Positions 47,031 through 59,582 of a stretch of 64,000 nt of DNA are shown piece after piece. The DNA lies in assembly GCA_963825865.1 (NCBI GenBank), contig CAWGVG010000012.1, positions 10,584 through 74,583 of the forward strand, read 5' to 3'. Position numbers and translations under genes: made by a program. Below the pieces are notes generated by a model that saw only the letters and a list, made by a program, of their open reading frames with translations, ran no database searches and had not been told where the DNA came from. Every line of letters starts with the position of its first letter. Within the stretch, counting starts at the first letter, position 1. This DNA is from an uncultured Nitrososphaeraceae archaeon. Its GTDB lineage: Archaea > Thermoproteota > Nitrososphaeria > Nitrososphaerales > Nitrososphaeraceae.

Positions 47031-47636
47031 ATGGCTGTGAAAAGAAGAAGTATACGAAGTACAACCCCACAAGCTAAAGAGAATTATTATTATTCTATCA
47101 TTTCAGATAATGACAGTTTTTATCATTCCAATAATAACAACAACAATAATCATCATGATTATCATTCTGAATCTTCACCTTTACAAAATCAAGGATCAAA
47201 TACTACTAATATAAAGACACGAAATGAATCATTCTATAAAAGAATCCTTATTGTGGACGATGATACCGATATTACTTTTACTTACAAGTTAGGTTTAGAA
47301 AGATATTATGAAGGTTATGATGATGATCACAATAGCAACAAAATAAGATTTGAAGTATTCACATACAATAATCCCTTAGCTGCATTATCAGAATTCAAAT
47401 CAAACTTTTACGATCTAGTGCTAATTGATATCAACATGCCAGATATCAATGGCTTTCAATTATGTCTAAAGATATTAGAGTTAGACGCCAACGTTAGGGT
47501 TTGCTTTATAACTGCAGGAGAAGTAAATATTGATGCGCTAAGAGAAGTATATCCAAATATAAGCATGGGATGTTTTATCAAAAAACCAGTTTCAATAGGA
47601 TATTTGATTAAAAGATTATCCGCAGAATTAGACTAG
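47031..47636 (+). CDS. Response regulator receiver with low-complexity N-terminus
   Basis: ILIVDDD, LIDINMPDINGF, FITA, KP. Confidence 0.9.
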   Translation: MAVKRRSIRSTTPQAKENYYYSIISDNDSFYHSNNNNNNNHHDYHSESSPLQNQGSNTTNIKTRNESFYKRILIVDDDTDITFTYKLGLERYYEGYDDDHNSNKIRFEVFTYNNPLAALSEFKSNFYDLVLIDINMPDINGFQLCLKILELDANVRVCFITAGEVNIDALREVYPNISMGCFIKKPVSIGYLIKRLSAELD

Positions 47637-47927
47637 TAGTAGTAACAAAGCTCTGAATAAACAGCAACCGTATTACTGCCTGAGATCCTTTTTACTAGTG
47701 CATAAGACTTTAAGACATAATTAGGATTATATATTTGTGGGACGAGTTCGAACATTTGTATTTTTGATTCTATTATTTATTTGCTTTCATCAATCGACTA
47801 TTATTGCCGCCCATTTTTTAACTATCATACATCTATGCTGTTAGTAAATAATCAAAATAAAAAAATAAAATATAGGTAATAGCAGACGATACTTCTTTCT
47901 TACTAGATGCTAAAATTGCCTTTCTCC

Positions 47928-48280
47928 TCATTCCTCTCTTTCGAAAGAAACTCTTGTTCTGCCACCACCACTACCTTGTCTACTGGTGTCTCTTGATGTC
48001 TGTTCAAATGTTCTTGCAGCGTTAACACCTATTCTAGATAATTCTCTTGCATTGTCTCTTGCTTGCTGAATAGACGTCTTAAAAGCATCCATGTTTGTAA
48101 ATACCATATTGTTTGCTGCTCTGATTGCACTATTCATATTATCTGCAAAGCTACTAACTATCCTTGTGTATGCTTCAGTCATTCTTCTTGGAGACATGCA
48201 ATACGCATAAAATCTTTCATACATACTCTCTGCATATGGACCCCATGCTGCCTGTAGTGAGTTGATAATTTCTTTTTGTG
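47928..48280 (-). pseudogene. 5'-truncated helical protein (paralogue of 44989-45306)
   Basis: Direct similarity. Confidence 0.7.
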
Positions 48281-48425
48281 GCTAGCATGAGCGCCTACAA
48301 ATCTATTGCTCTATTCAATGTTCATTTCTCTTTATGATTACTTTTTCATCAACAATCAGTAAACTAAATTAAAGGATTGTGGCAACTTTTAAGCTGTTCT
48401 ATTTTATTTTGTTTATTTATGCTGG

Positions 48426-50338
48426 TCAAGTAATGGAAGAGTGAAACTGAATTTAGCTCCCTTTCCATCAATATTGTTTTCTCCCCATATTTTTCCACCG
48501 TGAGCTTCAATAATGCTTCTGGAGATAAACAAACCCAGTCCTATTCCTATTTCAGATTTTGTCGCAAATTTAGAAAATAGCCTTGGTATAATATCGCTAT
48601 GTATGCCAGGACCACTATCCTTTACACTAACAAGAACTTTTTGTGGATTATCTTCTTTCTTTTCTAATGTAATGGATACAGTTCCTCTTCTCCTCCTTCT
48701 TTAATGAATTTAATAGCATTGCTTAGTAGATTAGAAATAACTTGTGTAATTCTATACCTGTCTGCTTCTACAAAAAAATTAATGTCCTTCTTAGATTCGT
48801 ATAGCAAGGTAATATTATTATCATCTTTTTCAATCTGATTTCTATAGTCTTGCACAACATTTGATATCAAATCATTTAGATTGAATTGCTCTTTGTTTAG
48901 TTTTAGTGACTGACTTTCAAGCCTTGAAATATCTAGTAAGTTATCTGCAAGGTGATGCAGCCTTTTTGCGTTTCTGATAACACTATCTAATAATTCACGT
49001 TGTTCGGTGTCTTCTACTTTAGAGCGAATAATTTGAGTTAGGCCAAGTATTGGCTGTATAGGAGTTCGCAGTTCATGAGCTGCTATGTTTATGAATTCGT
49101 CTTTCAATTGATCAAGGCTTTTTAACTCTTCATTAGCTTTTTCCAAAATGCGCTCTTTTTCCTTCAGTTGTTCATTTGCTGTTTCAAGCTCCTTGTCTTT
49201 TCTTATGATTTCCTCTGTACGGGCCTTTATTCTTGCTCTCATTTTTCCAAATTGAGAAGATAATTCTCCAATTTCATCAATAGTAGAGGGAGGCGTAATT
49301 ACAATGTCTAAGTTACCCTTGCCCATCGCTATTGCTGCATCATTGAGCCTTGTTACAGGTTCAGAAATAGTTCTATCTACTACAATATAAGTGGCAATTA
49401 TTGAAATCGCTAAAACTATTACAGTTATAAAAATAAACAAATTTCTTAAGCTCAATGCTTCCTTAAACGCCTCTTGTGTATCCAAGGATGTGACCAAAAA
49501 CCATTTATTTTGAATAGAATCAGGATTCTGGTTATTATTACTGCTTTCCTTCGCTGCTACAAACACTGCATTTCCAGAAGGGGACCCAATATCTCTGAAT
49601 ATTGCACTTTCAACTGTATTGTTAGAATCTTTTATCAGATGATATATTGGCAGGTATTCAAAGCTACTTGCAGCGCCAGCATTTGATAGAGATCTGCTGT
49701 TGCCATAGTTAGAATATATGACCTTACCATCATCTGATGATAGTAGGTTAATTCTCAGATTGCTTTGTGAGCCACTACTAGCATGTTCAATTATTTTAAT
49801 ATTTAGTGGATAGGTTAAGAGTAGAATCTCATTTATCTTACCTGATTTATCATATAAAGGTACAGACAAAAGGATTTCTTTTTGTGAGGGTTTTAGATAA
49901 TTTGACGAAGTACTGTCTCTATAAATATCTCCTTGAATCGCCTTTTTGAAAAAGGATTCGTTCGACACATTTTCACCTATACCAATACCTTTGTTATCTG
50001 CAATTTTTATTCCTGTTTTATTGTAAATTGAAAAGGAAGAATAGTCTTTATGGGTACCTATGAATTTTTTTAGAAGTTCTAATTTCTTTAATAGATCGGT
50101 GCCAGATTGGTTTGGAAATACACTCACAGAATCTCCAAGAAATGCAATATTAGAAATTCTGTTATAGGTATCCATGGAGATTGTATTCATTGAATTAGCC
50201 AAATCATCTTCTAAATGAGCTTTAATTTCTCTTATCATAGTAGAAAAAAGCACATTTATAGAAACAAAACTTGCAGCAAGTAAAGATGTTAGTATGAGAG
50301 ACACAAGTAGTACAAAAAAGCTTTGATCTTATTTTCAT
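48426..50338 (-). pseudogene. Membrane sensor histidine kinase (Cache-like, HAMP, HisKA, HATPase); frameshifts near both ends
   Basis: Two TM segments, DEIGELS HAMP, AAHELRTPIQ; G-boxes continue in another frame to TGA at 48426. Confidence 0.88.
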
Positions 50339-50738
50339 GATTGTTATATTTGGCTATTTTTACATATACAGGTTTATACGCTAATTAAGAAAGTGCTAGA
50401 TTTACAATATCGTCACTAAATCGTTCATAAATATTTTTTTGCACGTAAATATGTATTAAATATCTTTGCTCTTTAAGGTACCTACGGACAATTACCATAT
50501 CACTCAGATGATATAATAACCAATAGCAAGTTTGACAAGTATTTTTATACTTTGCTATTAAGGATTAGGTGAACATCATCATCATTATTACTTTATCAAA
50601 TTTGAGTAGTTTTTCACACCCATGCAAAGTATGATTTTGCATAATGCCCAGATGTTACTAGTTTTTTCTCAACACTTGTTATGCTAATATCGGCCCGTTG
50701 ACTTTGCAGGAGCAGATGAGGACTTTGTTGTTGTTCCA

Positions 50739-51831
50739 TCAGATGATGAGGACGATAACAATGGCGATGATGATGGCGATGTACCTGCTCCTAAAAGCAT
50801 GTGTAATTCCCTTTGTTATTTCATTTACTAATTTATTGTAAAGTTTTTCAGCCTCCTGTAATAGCATAGTGGTATAATGCTCAGTAAAGTAATCTCGTGA
50901 GGATATGTACAGTTGTTGTCGTCCTTCATACATATAGGGTGCAGGATAATGAGTTGTCCCAGGTAAAGAGATATTATCAGTATTATAAATTAAAGAACTA
51001 TATTTGAATGGCTCGTTTCGTATTGATTCAATTAAAGAGTAAAGAGCCAGCCTTAAGAGCACTTTTCCATCTGATAAAATACTACTCACCTTATCTTTTA
51101 CGGTCTGATTGATTTTCAAATATTCCTCATTATTGTTTTCAAATCGTTTTACAAGATCCTCTAGTGCAATCCTCTTGGCTTGTAGGCCTGCTATCTTTTC
51201 TGCTTGTTGTCTATAAGTTAAATCACAAAAACCTAAGGTTTTCCTTAAAGTTAATATTTGCTTCCTTAAATCCTGTAAATCCTTATTTGAATTTAGTTTT
51301 CTAACTTGCAGTGAATTTACCTCTTGTTTTAGGCTTTCGTATCTGTGTTCTACTGCTGGTAGATTCATCATTAGCAATTCTGAGTAGGTGCACTACATGT
51401 TCTTCACTCATACCTGCAGCTCTAGCTGACCTATACAATTTGAGAAAAGGTGTGATATCGCCTTTAAGCTCTTCATATGCCATGTTGAGATCGTGTATTT
51501 GATCTAATTTCAAATACTCTTTGTAGAATCTGGTTACCTCCGCCTCTCTTACGTTTAATGCAACAGCTACATCTATAGGAGTTTTTCTTTCAGAAAATAG
51601 CTTGTAAGCTTGTGTAGATAGAGATAACTGCTGCAGTTGTTCTTGTTCTTGTTGTTGCTTTTTGTTCTCGATATTATTATTTTGCTCTCGCCTTTCATCT
51701 GCCTTGTTCAAAATAGATCCTATATCTCTAAATGACATCCTAGCCTCTTTTGCTATTTCGCGTGTGTTTTTACACTGATTATAATAAAGATCTAAAACAA
51801 GTTTTTGTCTATCTTGCCTAATTATTGACAT
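50739..51831 (-). pseudogene. HTH plus coiled-coil protein, frameshifted near 51365
   Basis: NTREIAKEARMSFRDIGSIL HTH; second HTH-like TPIDVAVALN; long heptad region. Confidence 0.7.
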
Positions 51832-51876
51832 CTTTCTTTTTTGCTATGTCTATTAATCCAAACAGTAGCTTAAAGC

Positions 51877-51947
51877 TGTTTCCAACTGTTACCAATTATG
51901 TTACCATTGCTACCACTTTATTACCTCTGTTATCATCTGTTTCCAAC
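51877..51947. repeat. Seven ~10-bp phased repeats (consensus TGTTACCA..)
   Basis: Units start at 51877, 51887, 51899, 51908, 51919, 51928 and 51938. Confidence 0.8.
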
Positions 51948-52123
51948 TATTAGTATGACATTTTAATTGAGCTCAGAATATAGCATAAATATGTACCAAT
52001 TTCACTGACATGAATTTTTCCTAACTACATTTTTACATGTTTGTATTGTATCAACAACATATCATGCTACTCTTTTTAGGAATGACATAGATGTTGCACA
52101 TCTGATTTAGATTATCAGTTTAT

Positions 52124-52460
52124 TTATTTTCTAAATATACCTTCCATGACTATTTCATTTAATGACTTTCTATCAGTAGGTAATTCTTTGTTTTGCAGTT
52201 CCGATGGGAGATTCTCTTTAGGTCCTTTCTTTCCTATTGCAATCATAGCCATAACATCAAAGTTATCTGGGATTTCCAAATCTACTCTTGCTTTCTCATA
52301 ATCAAATCCTTGCATTCCGTGTGCTACGAGGCCTTTTGATGATGCTTCTAAAGCTATATTCTCCCAAGCAGCTCCAGCATCAAATTGATGTGTTATAGAG
52401 TATTTCTCATTGTATTCGAAATTTTTCCTTGATACTACTACAACCAATAATGCAGCATTT
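52124..52460 (-). pseudogene. Nitroreductase, C-terminal half
   Basis: FDAGAAWENIALEA..GL..HGMQGFD, MIAIGK. Confidence 0.85.
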
Positions 52461-52740
52461 AAATCAACATGTGTATGTGACATGGTGGGAGAGAAATTAA
52501 ACAAGCGATGAACCAGTGTTAAAGATTAGCAGTGATAATGGAGGAACATTTGGACCAATACTAAAGCTTGCTGAGCGGTCTCTTCATTTTACCAAGATGA
52601 ATTTCCTAGCGCTGTTAACTGTTGACTAAGTATGTTCAAGTGCACCAGTGCTCCTTTTGTATATCTACTTTTCAACGCCTGAATAGTGTCATTTAAAAGG
52701 ACTTTCGCTCCTTCAAAAGACGAGGAAGCATTAGTATACG

Positions 52741-52910
52741 CGTAGTTTAACTCCTTATTCTGAAGGCTTAGCTGCATTGGCTAGTGGTTTTAGTATCGTA
52801 TCAAAAGATGATTACGATAATATGGCAAAACAATTCTATGTGTATGATGCACTTTATGCATTTTGTAAATCAGATAACAATAAAGAAAAATTGTTATATT
52901 CTAGACATTA
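52741..52910 (+). pseudogene. 3' fragment of a ChrB-like gene
   Basis: Matches 60677-60846. Confidence 0.85.
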
Positions 52911-52959
52911 ATACGTTAATAGTTGTAGCCAGATTGTAAAGAAAAAAGGCTCGAGATAA

Positions 52960-53561
52960 CCAAACTGCAGATACAAAGGATTGGAGCAGAGGCCCTTGTA
53001 AGAGATTTTCAAAACAATAATGAAACATACCTTCAAATCAAACAGACAATTAAAAGAGAAGTAGAAAGCATTCTAACAGCTCGTAAACAGCTATTGAAAT
53101 TCGCTATTCTATCTATATTCGAATCCTTACGAAAAGATCCTAGAAAGTTTTATGCCCTATACAATAACATGTCCTCCTCTTCCTCTGCAAAATCACCATC
53201 GTCATCATCTTCACCAAAAACAACAGGCATCCAACAACAACATGATTATGTACCATTCATGAATGAACAATATTTGCCCATAATCGACTACAGCAACGAA
53301 GTGATTTGCGAGAAGATATTATTGGATGAATCTGAGGAGCTTTATGACAAAATGGTAGAAGATCTTACAAATAAGACCATTAATGATACAGCAAGTAATA
53401 GTGAATTATCATCGTTGTCTTTATTGCCACGAAAGGAAATATCTGGTGCACAAAACGGAGATACACAAAGATTAGCAGCCTATACTTATAGAGAAGAGGA
53501 ACACACGTTTATCCATTCAGAAATTGATAACAAGGATCGAGATAATCAAATCAATGGATAA
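52960..53561 (+). pseudogene. C-terminal fragment paralogous to 50739-51377
   Basis: F.NNNE.YL.I.QT...V.SIL...LL..A..S..ES.R..P shared. Confidence 0.65.
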
Positions 53562-53935
53562 AGTAGAGTTAGTGTTTCCTTGAAACATTGTCTTCATGTC
53601 GTTGCCTCTCTTACTGGATGTAATATCTTATATTGCTTAGAAGCTTACCTGACCTCATGTCATGATGTGGTAACTACTGTGAGATTACTATAACAGACTA
53701 TTGATAGTTATATGACTAATTATACTTGGTTTGATATTCTGAATAGTTATACGATAAAAGTCTTTCATCAAGATTTGTACGGACATTTAGATACTCTCAC
53801 AGTAAACTTGTGCTGCGAATCATTGATTTAGGCTTGTTGCAAGTGAAGTGGATGTTTTTGTATACTTTTTGCAGTATTTGTCCGTTTTTAGCCTTTCATG
53901 AATTCAAATCAGACAGCGACAATTACACAACTCAT

Positions 53936-54215
53936 AAATTCTGACCTTGCGGTATTGCATAATAGATGTCTAGCAAATGGTGTTGATTCTACAATTGACT
54001 TCAATAATGCAGGTATCCCGTACATAAGGGGTCGAAAACACATTGACCTTCATTCTGTATTTGGCAAACCAATGGTACAGACTACAATTTTCAAGAATGC
54101 TTATCGAACTCTAAAACTGGGTGATGTATCTAAGGCTGTATTAGGAGATGGTGTTGAAGGAGTAGGTGGAAAATACAAAGGACTAACAGGAAAAGACATT
54201 CAAATCCTTCCAATT
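53936..54215 (+). pseudogene. Family B polymerase 3'-5' exonuclease-region fragment
   Basis: SDLAVLHNRC, GRKHIDL, LKLGDVSKAVLG..G..K. Confidence 0.6.
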
Positions 54216-54683
54216 GAAGGTTACGATATAGGAGGTATACTAAGATTTAGAGAAACAGATCTCCATATGTCTACATCAACTTCTATTGAAAAATTATAAT
54301 TGTAGTTACATAAGCGTTTGTAAAAAATCATGGTACTAAATCTTATGTAACCAGGCTTGGATAATCATCTTCTTATGCTTTTATTATATTGTCATTCTAC
54401 AGAAAATATGTTTACGTTCGCGATTTTATACAAAAGATTTTTCAGCTATCATTACCCCATAACTTTTCACATAATAACAAAAAGGCTGCCACAAGCCTTT
54501 GTGTCGTCTGATCATACTGCGCTACCTTCACGTTTTTGATCTGCTAGAACATCTTCATAAAGCGTTGTACAACTAGTATTTTCCATTCCATCATGGTCAA
54601 AATCTTCTACTACAACTTGAGCATACTTGCTATAAGGGAAAGCTGTATTCAAATAATCCTCAAAGGCATTTTATCATATCCGG

Positions 54684-55686
54684 TGCTTTGTTGCATGATT
54701 AATTATCTTGTAAGTGATACTTATTTGACCACTCACCATTTAGCTTGCTAGTATTAATTATTCTGGTATGGTTGACTGGCCTTGCTATAATGAATCACTA
54801 GTTAGGCGTGGTCAAGTACTCTTGGATTTTGATGTACTTGATGGATGGGATCATGAATTATGTCAAATGAACCTTGGTAAGGTTGGTGAGCCCTACTGCT
54901 ACCCAAATTCATTTATTCAGCTTCTAGGTTACATGAGAGCATATTTCCATCTACCATATAGACAAACACAGGGTGTAGTCATAGCTCATGCAAGTAAAGA
55001 AGTATCAAACACACCACATTATAGTACCATTAATAGACGTATAAACAGGCTAGAGATTAAAATCGATGAAAAATTAGGAAATGATATTGTCATTGCTTTA
55101 GACAGCACCGGCATTAAGGTAGCTAATCGAGGGGAATGGATGCACCACAAATGGCATGTCAGAAAAGGATATCTAAAGATACACATAGCAGTTGATATCG
55201 AGAAGAAAAGAATTGTATCTCTGGAGGTAACAAGTGAAGAGGTACATGATGGTAAGATGCTAAAGAAGTTAGTAGACAATGCTTCTGAAAATAATAATCT
55301 GAAGGGTATATTAGCAGATGGTATGTACGACAGCAATAAGAATTTTAGATACCTATCAAAGAACCACATTAAGCCTGGTATAAAGACAAGAAGTAATTCC
55401 AAGGTCAAGTCAACTAACTGTCATGCTAGGAATATGTCTGTAGTAAGACAACAACAGACAAACCTCAAAAAATGGAAGCGTAGCGTGAGCTATGGGTACA
55501 GGTGGATAGCAGAAACAGCATTCTCTTCCATTAAAAGAACATTTGGTGAACATGTAACAGCTAGAAAGTTTCCTCACATGGTAAAAGAGAATCCTCCTAA
55601 AGGCAGCTCTGTATAACATGTTCAATCGAATGACCTAGCTAACGGTTTGCATAACCTAAAATCCTAATGAATTATGCAACAGAGCA
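54684..55686 (+). mobile_element. IS5-family (IS903-like) insertion sequence; transposase ORF 54768-55616 with a frameshift near the C-terminus
   Basis: TIR TGCTTTGTTGCAT.ATT / AATTATGCAACAGAGCA; TSD ATATCCGG (54676-54683, 55687-55694); YNESLVRRG, LDSTG, ADGMYD, Y..R..AE motifs. Confidence 0.93.
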
Positions 55687-55877
55687 ATATCCGGAACTCT
55701 TGCTTAGAACCTGCTTGATCTAATTTATTTATATCTATTTCTCGGATTCCAAATTCTATTAATTTACGTTTGATGCTATCTATTTCTTTTTTGATTCTAT
55801 TCTGAATATTTTTGATCTTTATATCCCTCTTTTCTCTATAGGATTGAAACAAGTGCATGTAAATGATACCAAAGATA

Positions 55878-56290
55878 GAAAGACTGATGGCACCAAATAG
55901 ACATGACTGCTGATGTGAACCTGTGATTCTGACTACCGGCCTTCTATTTCTGAATATCCATACCTTTCTAACAAGGCTATCATATAAGAAGAATGATTCA
56001 TCCAGCGATACTGCTGTAAATCCCTTAGATAGATTATCTAGAACCACCTTTGCTCTTTTTTGACTTCCTCTTTTTCTTCTTTTGAAGCAGTGTTTACATG
56101 TACCTTTCTTGGTACTTTCTGTTTAAAACCCCATTTATACAGTAGTCGGTAGACATGTGTATAGTGATAGTGTATTCCTGATTCGTTGACTATTAGATCA
56201 TTTGCTTGTTTGGTAGTCCATCCCTGTCTGCTTTCTTTTAACGTCTTTCTTATTCTTGTGGATATCTCTAAAGGAATCTGTGGTATAGGA
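55878..56290 (-). mobile_element. IS630-family transposase internal fragment
   Basis: WGFKQKVPRKVH (HTH ORF) and LDESFF...CLFGAISL (DDE ORF) overlap at an AAAAAAG slippery site. Confidence 0.8.
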
Positions 56291-56655
56291 CATTCTGATA
56301 ACTTTGCCTGTAAATATTGTAAAGTTAGAGGTGACAAATTTTTTATGGATACACACACTTGCAGGATGTCAAGGTAAGAGACATGAATAACTTCTACATC
56401 CTTGACTTTATAAAATGCAAATATAGAATTCAGACCGATGGATGGATCATTTACTATCAAAATGACAAGAAATTACGAGTATACCAAAGGGATTGAGAAC
56501 AATAATTGATTTATAATCCATGCAACATTTACCATATACCATGATACAAGAAAAAATATCGTCAGAAGCGATTGAAATGCAAAAACAAGAACAAGAAGAG
56601 AAACAAGAAATACAACAACAGCTTGCTATGGATTCTAAAGGCGGTTCGGATATCA

Positions 56656-57716
56656 ATGGTAATAGATGAGACAAAGCTGCACGAATTTATTGGAAAAGCC
56701 AGTGAATGAATGGGGAGCGAGCAGAAGGTGCATTAATTACTTTTGTTGGTGACAAGCTTGGATTGTTCAAAGCGATGGCAGGAGCAGGTGAGTTGACACC
56801 AGAAGAACTAGCAAAAAAGACAGGGACACATCCACGAATAATAAAAGAATGGCTTGCTGGTCAAGCTGCTGGAGGTTTTGTTACATACAATCATGTTAAT
56901 GGTACATACACGCTTCCAGAAGAACAGGCTTTTGCGCTCACCGATGAGAATAGCCCAGCATACATAGCAGGTTTTTACCAATCCATAGTAAGTCTTTTCA
57001 AAGATGAGGAAAAAATTATTGAGGCGTTTAAGACTGGAAAAGGTCTTGGATGGGGAGACCATCATCATTACTTATTTGAAGGCACAGAGAGATTCTTCAA
57101 ACCGAACTATGTTGCTAACCTAACAACCAGCTGGATTCCAGCGCTGGAAGACGTTGAATACAGGCTCAAGAATGAAGGAGCTAAAGTAGCAGATGTTGGA
57201 TGTGGTCATGGTGTATCAACAATTCTGATGGCAAAGGCATACCCTAATTCAAAAATCATAGGGTTTGATTCTCACAAACCTTCAATTGAATGGGCTAGGA
57301 AGCAGGCAGAAAAAGAAGGCTTGCGAAACATAACATTTGAAGTTGCAAAGTCGACAGATTATCCGGGCGACGATTATGACTTGGTTACCTTCTTTGATTG
57401 CTTCCACGACATGGGCAATCCAGCTGGGGCAGCCAGGCATGCACTGCAAACGTTGAAGAAAAAAGATGGCACAATGATGTTAGTAGAACCTTTTGCCAAC
57501 GATAAAGTAGAGGACAATTTAAATCCACTTGGAAGGCTATTCTACTCAGTATCTTCCATCGTATGCGTTCCTGCGTCTTTAAACGAAAATGGACCTGCAC
57601 TAGGAGCGCAAGCAGGTGAACAAAGAATAGTAGAAACAGTAAAATCGGCAGGTTTTTCAAGGTTCCGTCGGGCTACACAAACACCATTCAACTTGGTCTT
57701 TGAAGCAAGACTCTGA
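56656..57716 (+). CDS. Class I SAM-dependent methyltransferase with N-terminal wHTH (Rv2258c-like); indels near the 5' end
   Basis: GDKLGLF, VADVGCGHG, FDCFHDMG, TPFNLVFEAR. Confidence 0.88.
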
Positions 57717-57888
57717 GCCCTCAGCTAAACGATTACAAAGACCAAAACTGCCACATACTTTTTTCTTATTATTGCTACCTATCTGAAAAATAGTATAGAT
57801 TAGCCGCATATCTTGTTAGAAAGTGGCTTATGTTTATCCCACAGCCATTGTAGTATATAACTTGATTTCCAATGGTTTTTAGAACTGT

Positions 57889-58707
57889 CTAATGTGACTT
57901 TGCAAGCCTTTCATAACCGATAAGACTAAGTCTCCTTATAATTTCAAGCACTATTTTATATTCTCTTTCTTCATCGAGGCTCATTCCTATGTGTATTAGA
58001 AATCCTCTTCCAAATTTGACTGCAACAACAGGATAAACATCAGCCCATATTGAGTTATCAGAACAATGAGCTAAAGGTATAATGTTGTGCGACGACAACT
58101 CCTTTGCAGGCCTGTAAACCTTGGCTTTGGTTATTGGCTTATCATCATCACCACCTAACAAATCATCAAATTGAATGTCTACTTCTTTTGGACCTACCCT
58201 ACCTTTCTCTGGATGGTCCCACTCAGTTTCTACATTGAAATATCTTTTTAGAAGTAAAGCTTCATGGGGAATGCCTAAACTTGTCTTTATCGACAAGATG
58301 GGTGTTCCTTCAAGGTTGCCGCTTTCAATATTACTTAATGCAGGAATAAAACTAACTAAAAGTTGGCAAATTCCAGTATTTACATCCCAACTATAAACAA
58401 AGGGCTGACCTCCTGAATTGACAAAAATTCCACCATCCCGAATAAAAGACATTATTGTTCTAAATCCAATGCCTTCTGCATTTCCTAATTCTGGATAGGC
58501 TTCGCCAAAAGGATTTATTACAATTGAAAAAGCTCCACTATTCAGATTTGAAATAGATGTTAACGATGCTTGCAGCAATAGTTTTGATTTACCATCATAC
58601 ATGATATTATTCAGGTCTAGCATCCATTGAGCGGGCTTTTTTCTGTATTGTGAATGCGGATAATATGAACATGGTTTTTCATTCCTTGCAAGAATGTATC
58701 CTGACAA
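57889..58707 (-). CDS. Hypothetical protein with possible class I GATase-like fold, 5'-truncated
   Basis: VINPFGEAYP, FIRDGGIFVNSGG, FGRG. Confidence 0.55.
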   Translation of the reverse strand: MSGYILARNEKPCSYYPHSQYRKKPAQWMLDLNNIMYDGKSKLLLQASLTSISNLNSGAFSIVINPFGEAYPELGNAEGIGFRTIMSFIRDGGIFVNSGGQPFVYSWDVNTGICQLLVSFIPALSNIESGNLEGTPILSIKTSLGIPHEALLLKRYFNVETEWDHPEKGRVGPKEVDIQFDDLLGGDDDKPITKAKVYRPAKELSSHNIIPLAHCSDNSIWADVYPVVAVKFGRGFLIHIGMSLDEEREYKIVLEIIRRLSLIGYERLAKSH

Positions 58708-59268
58708 AACTCCTATCTTAATTGCTGGCTCAAAAATTTGATAATAGTGAATTTCTCTTAGCCTATCTACTAGCCAGCCGATTTCATTTAAACTAGTTTC
58801 AGTATCCTTTCTGTTAAATATGGGTGGGAGCGCTAGTAGCAGTAATGATGATTCAGGTAGTAAGATAAAGGTACATAAGGTTCGTGACAGTAGTGGTAGT
58901 GGTAGTAGGCAGCAGCGCTAGTAGTGGTAGTAGGAGGAGCGCTAGTAGCGATGAAAATGGACTTGCAGATAACATTATCAAAGAGGTCGAAAATAGTCTC
59001 AAAGAATCAGGAATAAACATAGATTTAGGATGATCTTATTTGATATTCAACTAAGCTACCATAACTATTGCATAGATTTTCCCAATTTTAGTTTTAAGAT
59101 ACCGCACACATCATAATGACTTCATAATGTTATTATTTTTTAAAATGCGCTAAGGTATTATTCTTGGGGATAGAGAGACCGGAGATTAATGGTTGGAATA
59201 ACAAAGGTCCGCAAGAGTTTAAAGTGTTTGTTCTTTGCGATCGTATAAGTGTGAGAAATAGATAGAAC

Positions 59269-59406
59269 TTGTCATGTAAAGGTGTCTGTTCACGATACAA
59301 AGCACAAAAACCATCTTATCATTTGGGTCGTTATGCTAATGGGCAGCGCCGATGTCAGGTTTGCTCTGTATTTCTGAACTGGGATGGATTGTCATGTCCT
59401 TGCTGT
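59269..59406 (+). pseudogene. Small Zn-binding protein, C-terminally truncated
   Basis: CKGVC.RY...RRCQVC......CPCC; paralogous remnant at 32235-32335 continues CPCCGRILRTKPR. Confidence 0.7.
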
Positions 59407-59439
59407 TACATCATTTCCTACAGTCGAATGTCCAATACG

Positions 59440-59579
59440 AATAGATCCTGAAGTATATCCAAGATTGTTTACAAAGTTTGCTACAAAATCCATTACAGGT
59501 ACCGGCTTAGGGTTGTTTATATCCAAAAGTATTATTGAAGCTCATGGTGGAAGAATATGGGCTGAAAATAATGCTGATG
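59440..59579 (+). pseudogene. Isolated HATPase 3' fragment
   Basis: IDPEVYPRLFTKFATKSITGTGLGLFISKSIIEAHGGRIWAENNAD. Confidence 0.88.
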
Positions 59580-59582
59580 CTC

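Noticed and set aside
47125-47165. AAT/AAC/CAA trinucleotide runs here and elsewhere
   Set aside because: Poly-Asn/Gln coding tracts, common throughout this sequence and not a distinct element.
58825-59030. Repeated AGCGCTAGTAG and GTAGTG tracts
   Set aside because: Explained as a Ser/Gly-rich low-complexity coding remnant ending ...NIDLG*.
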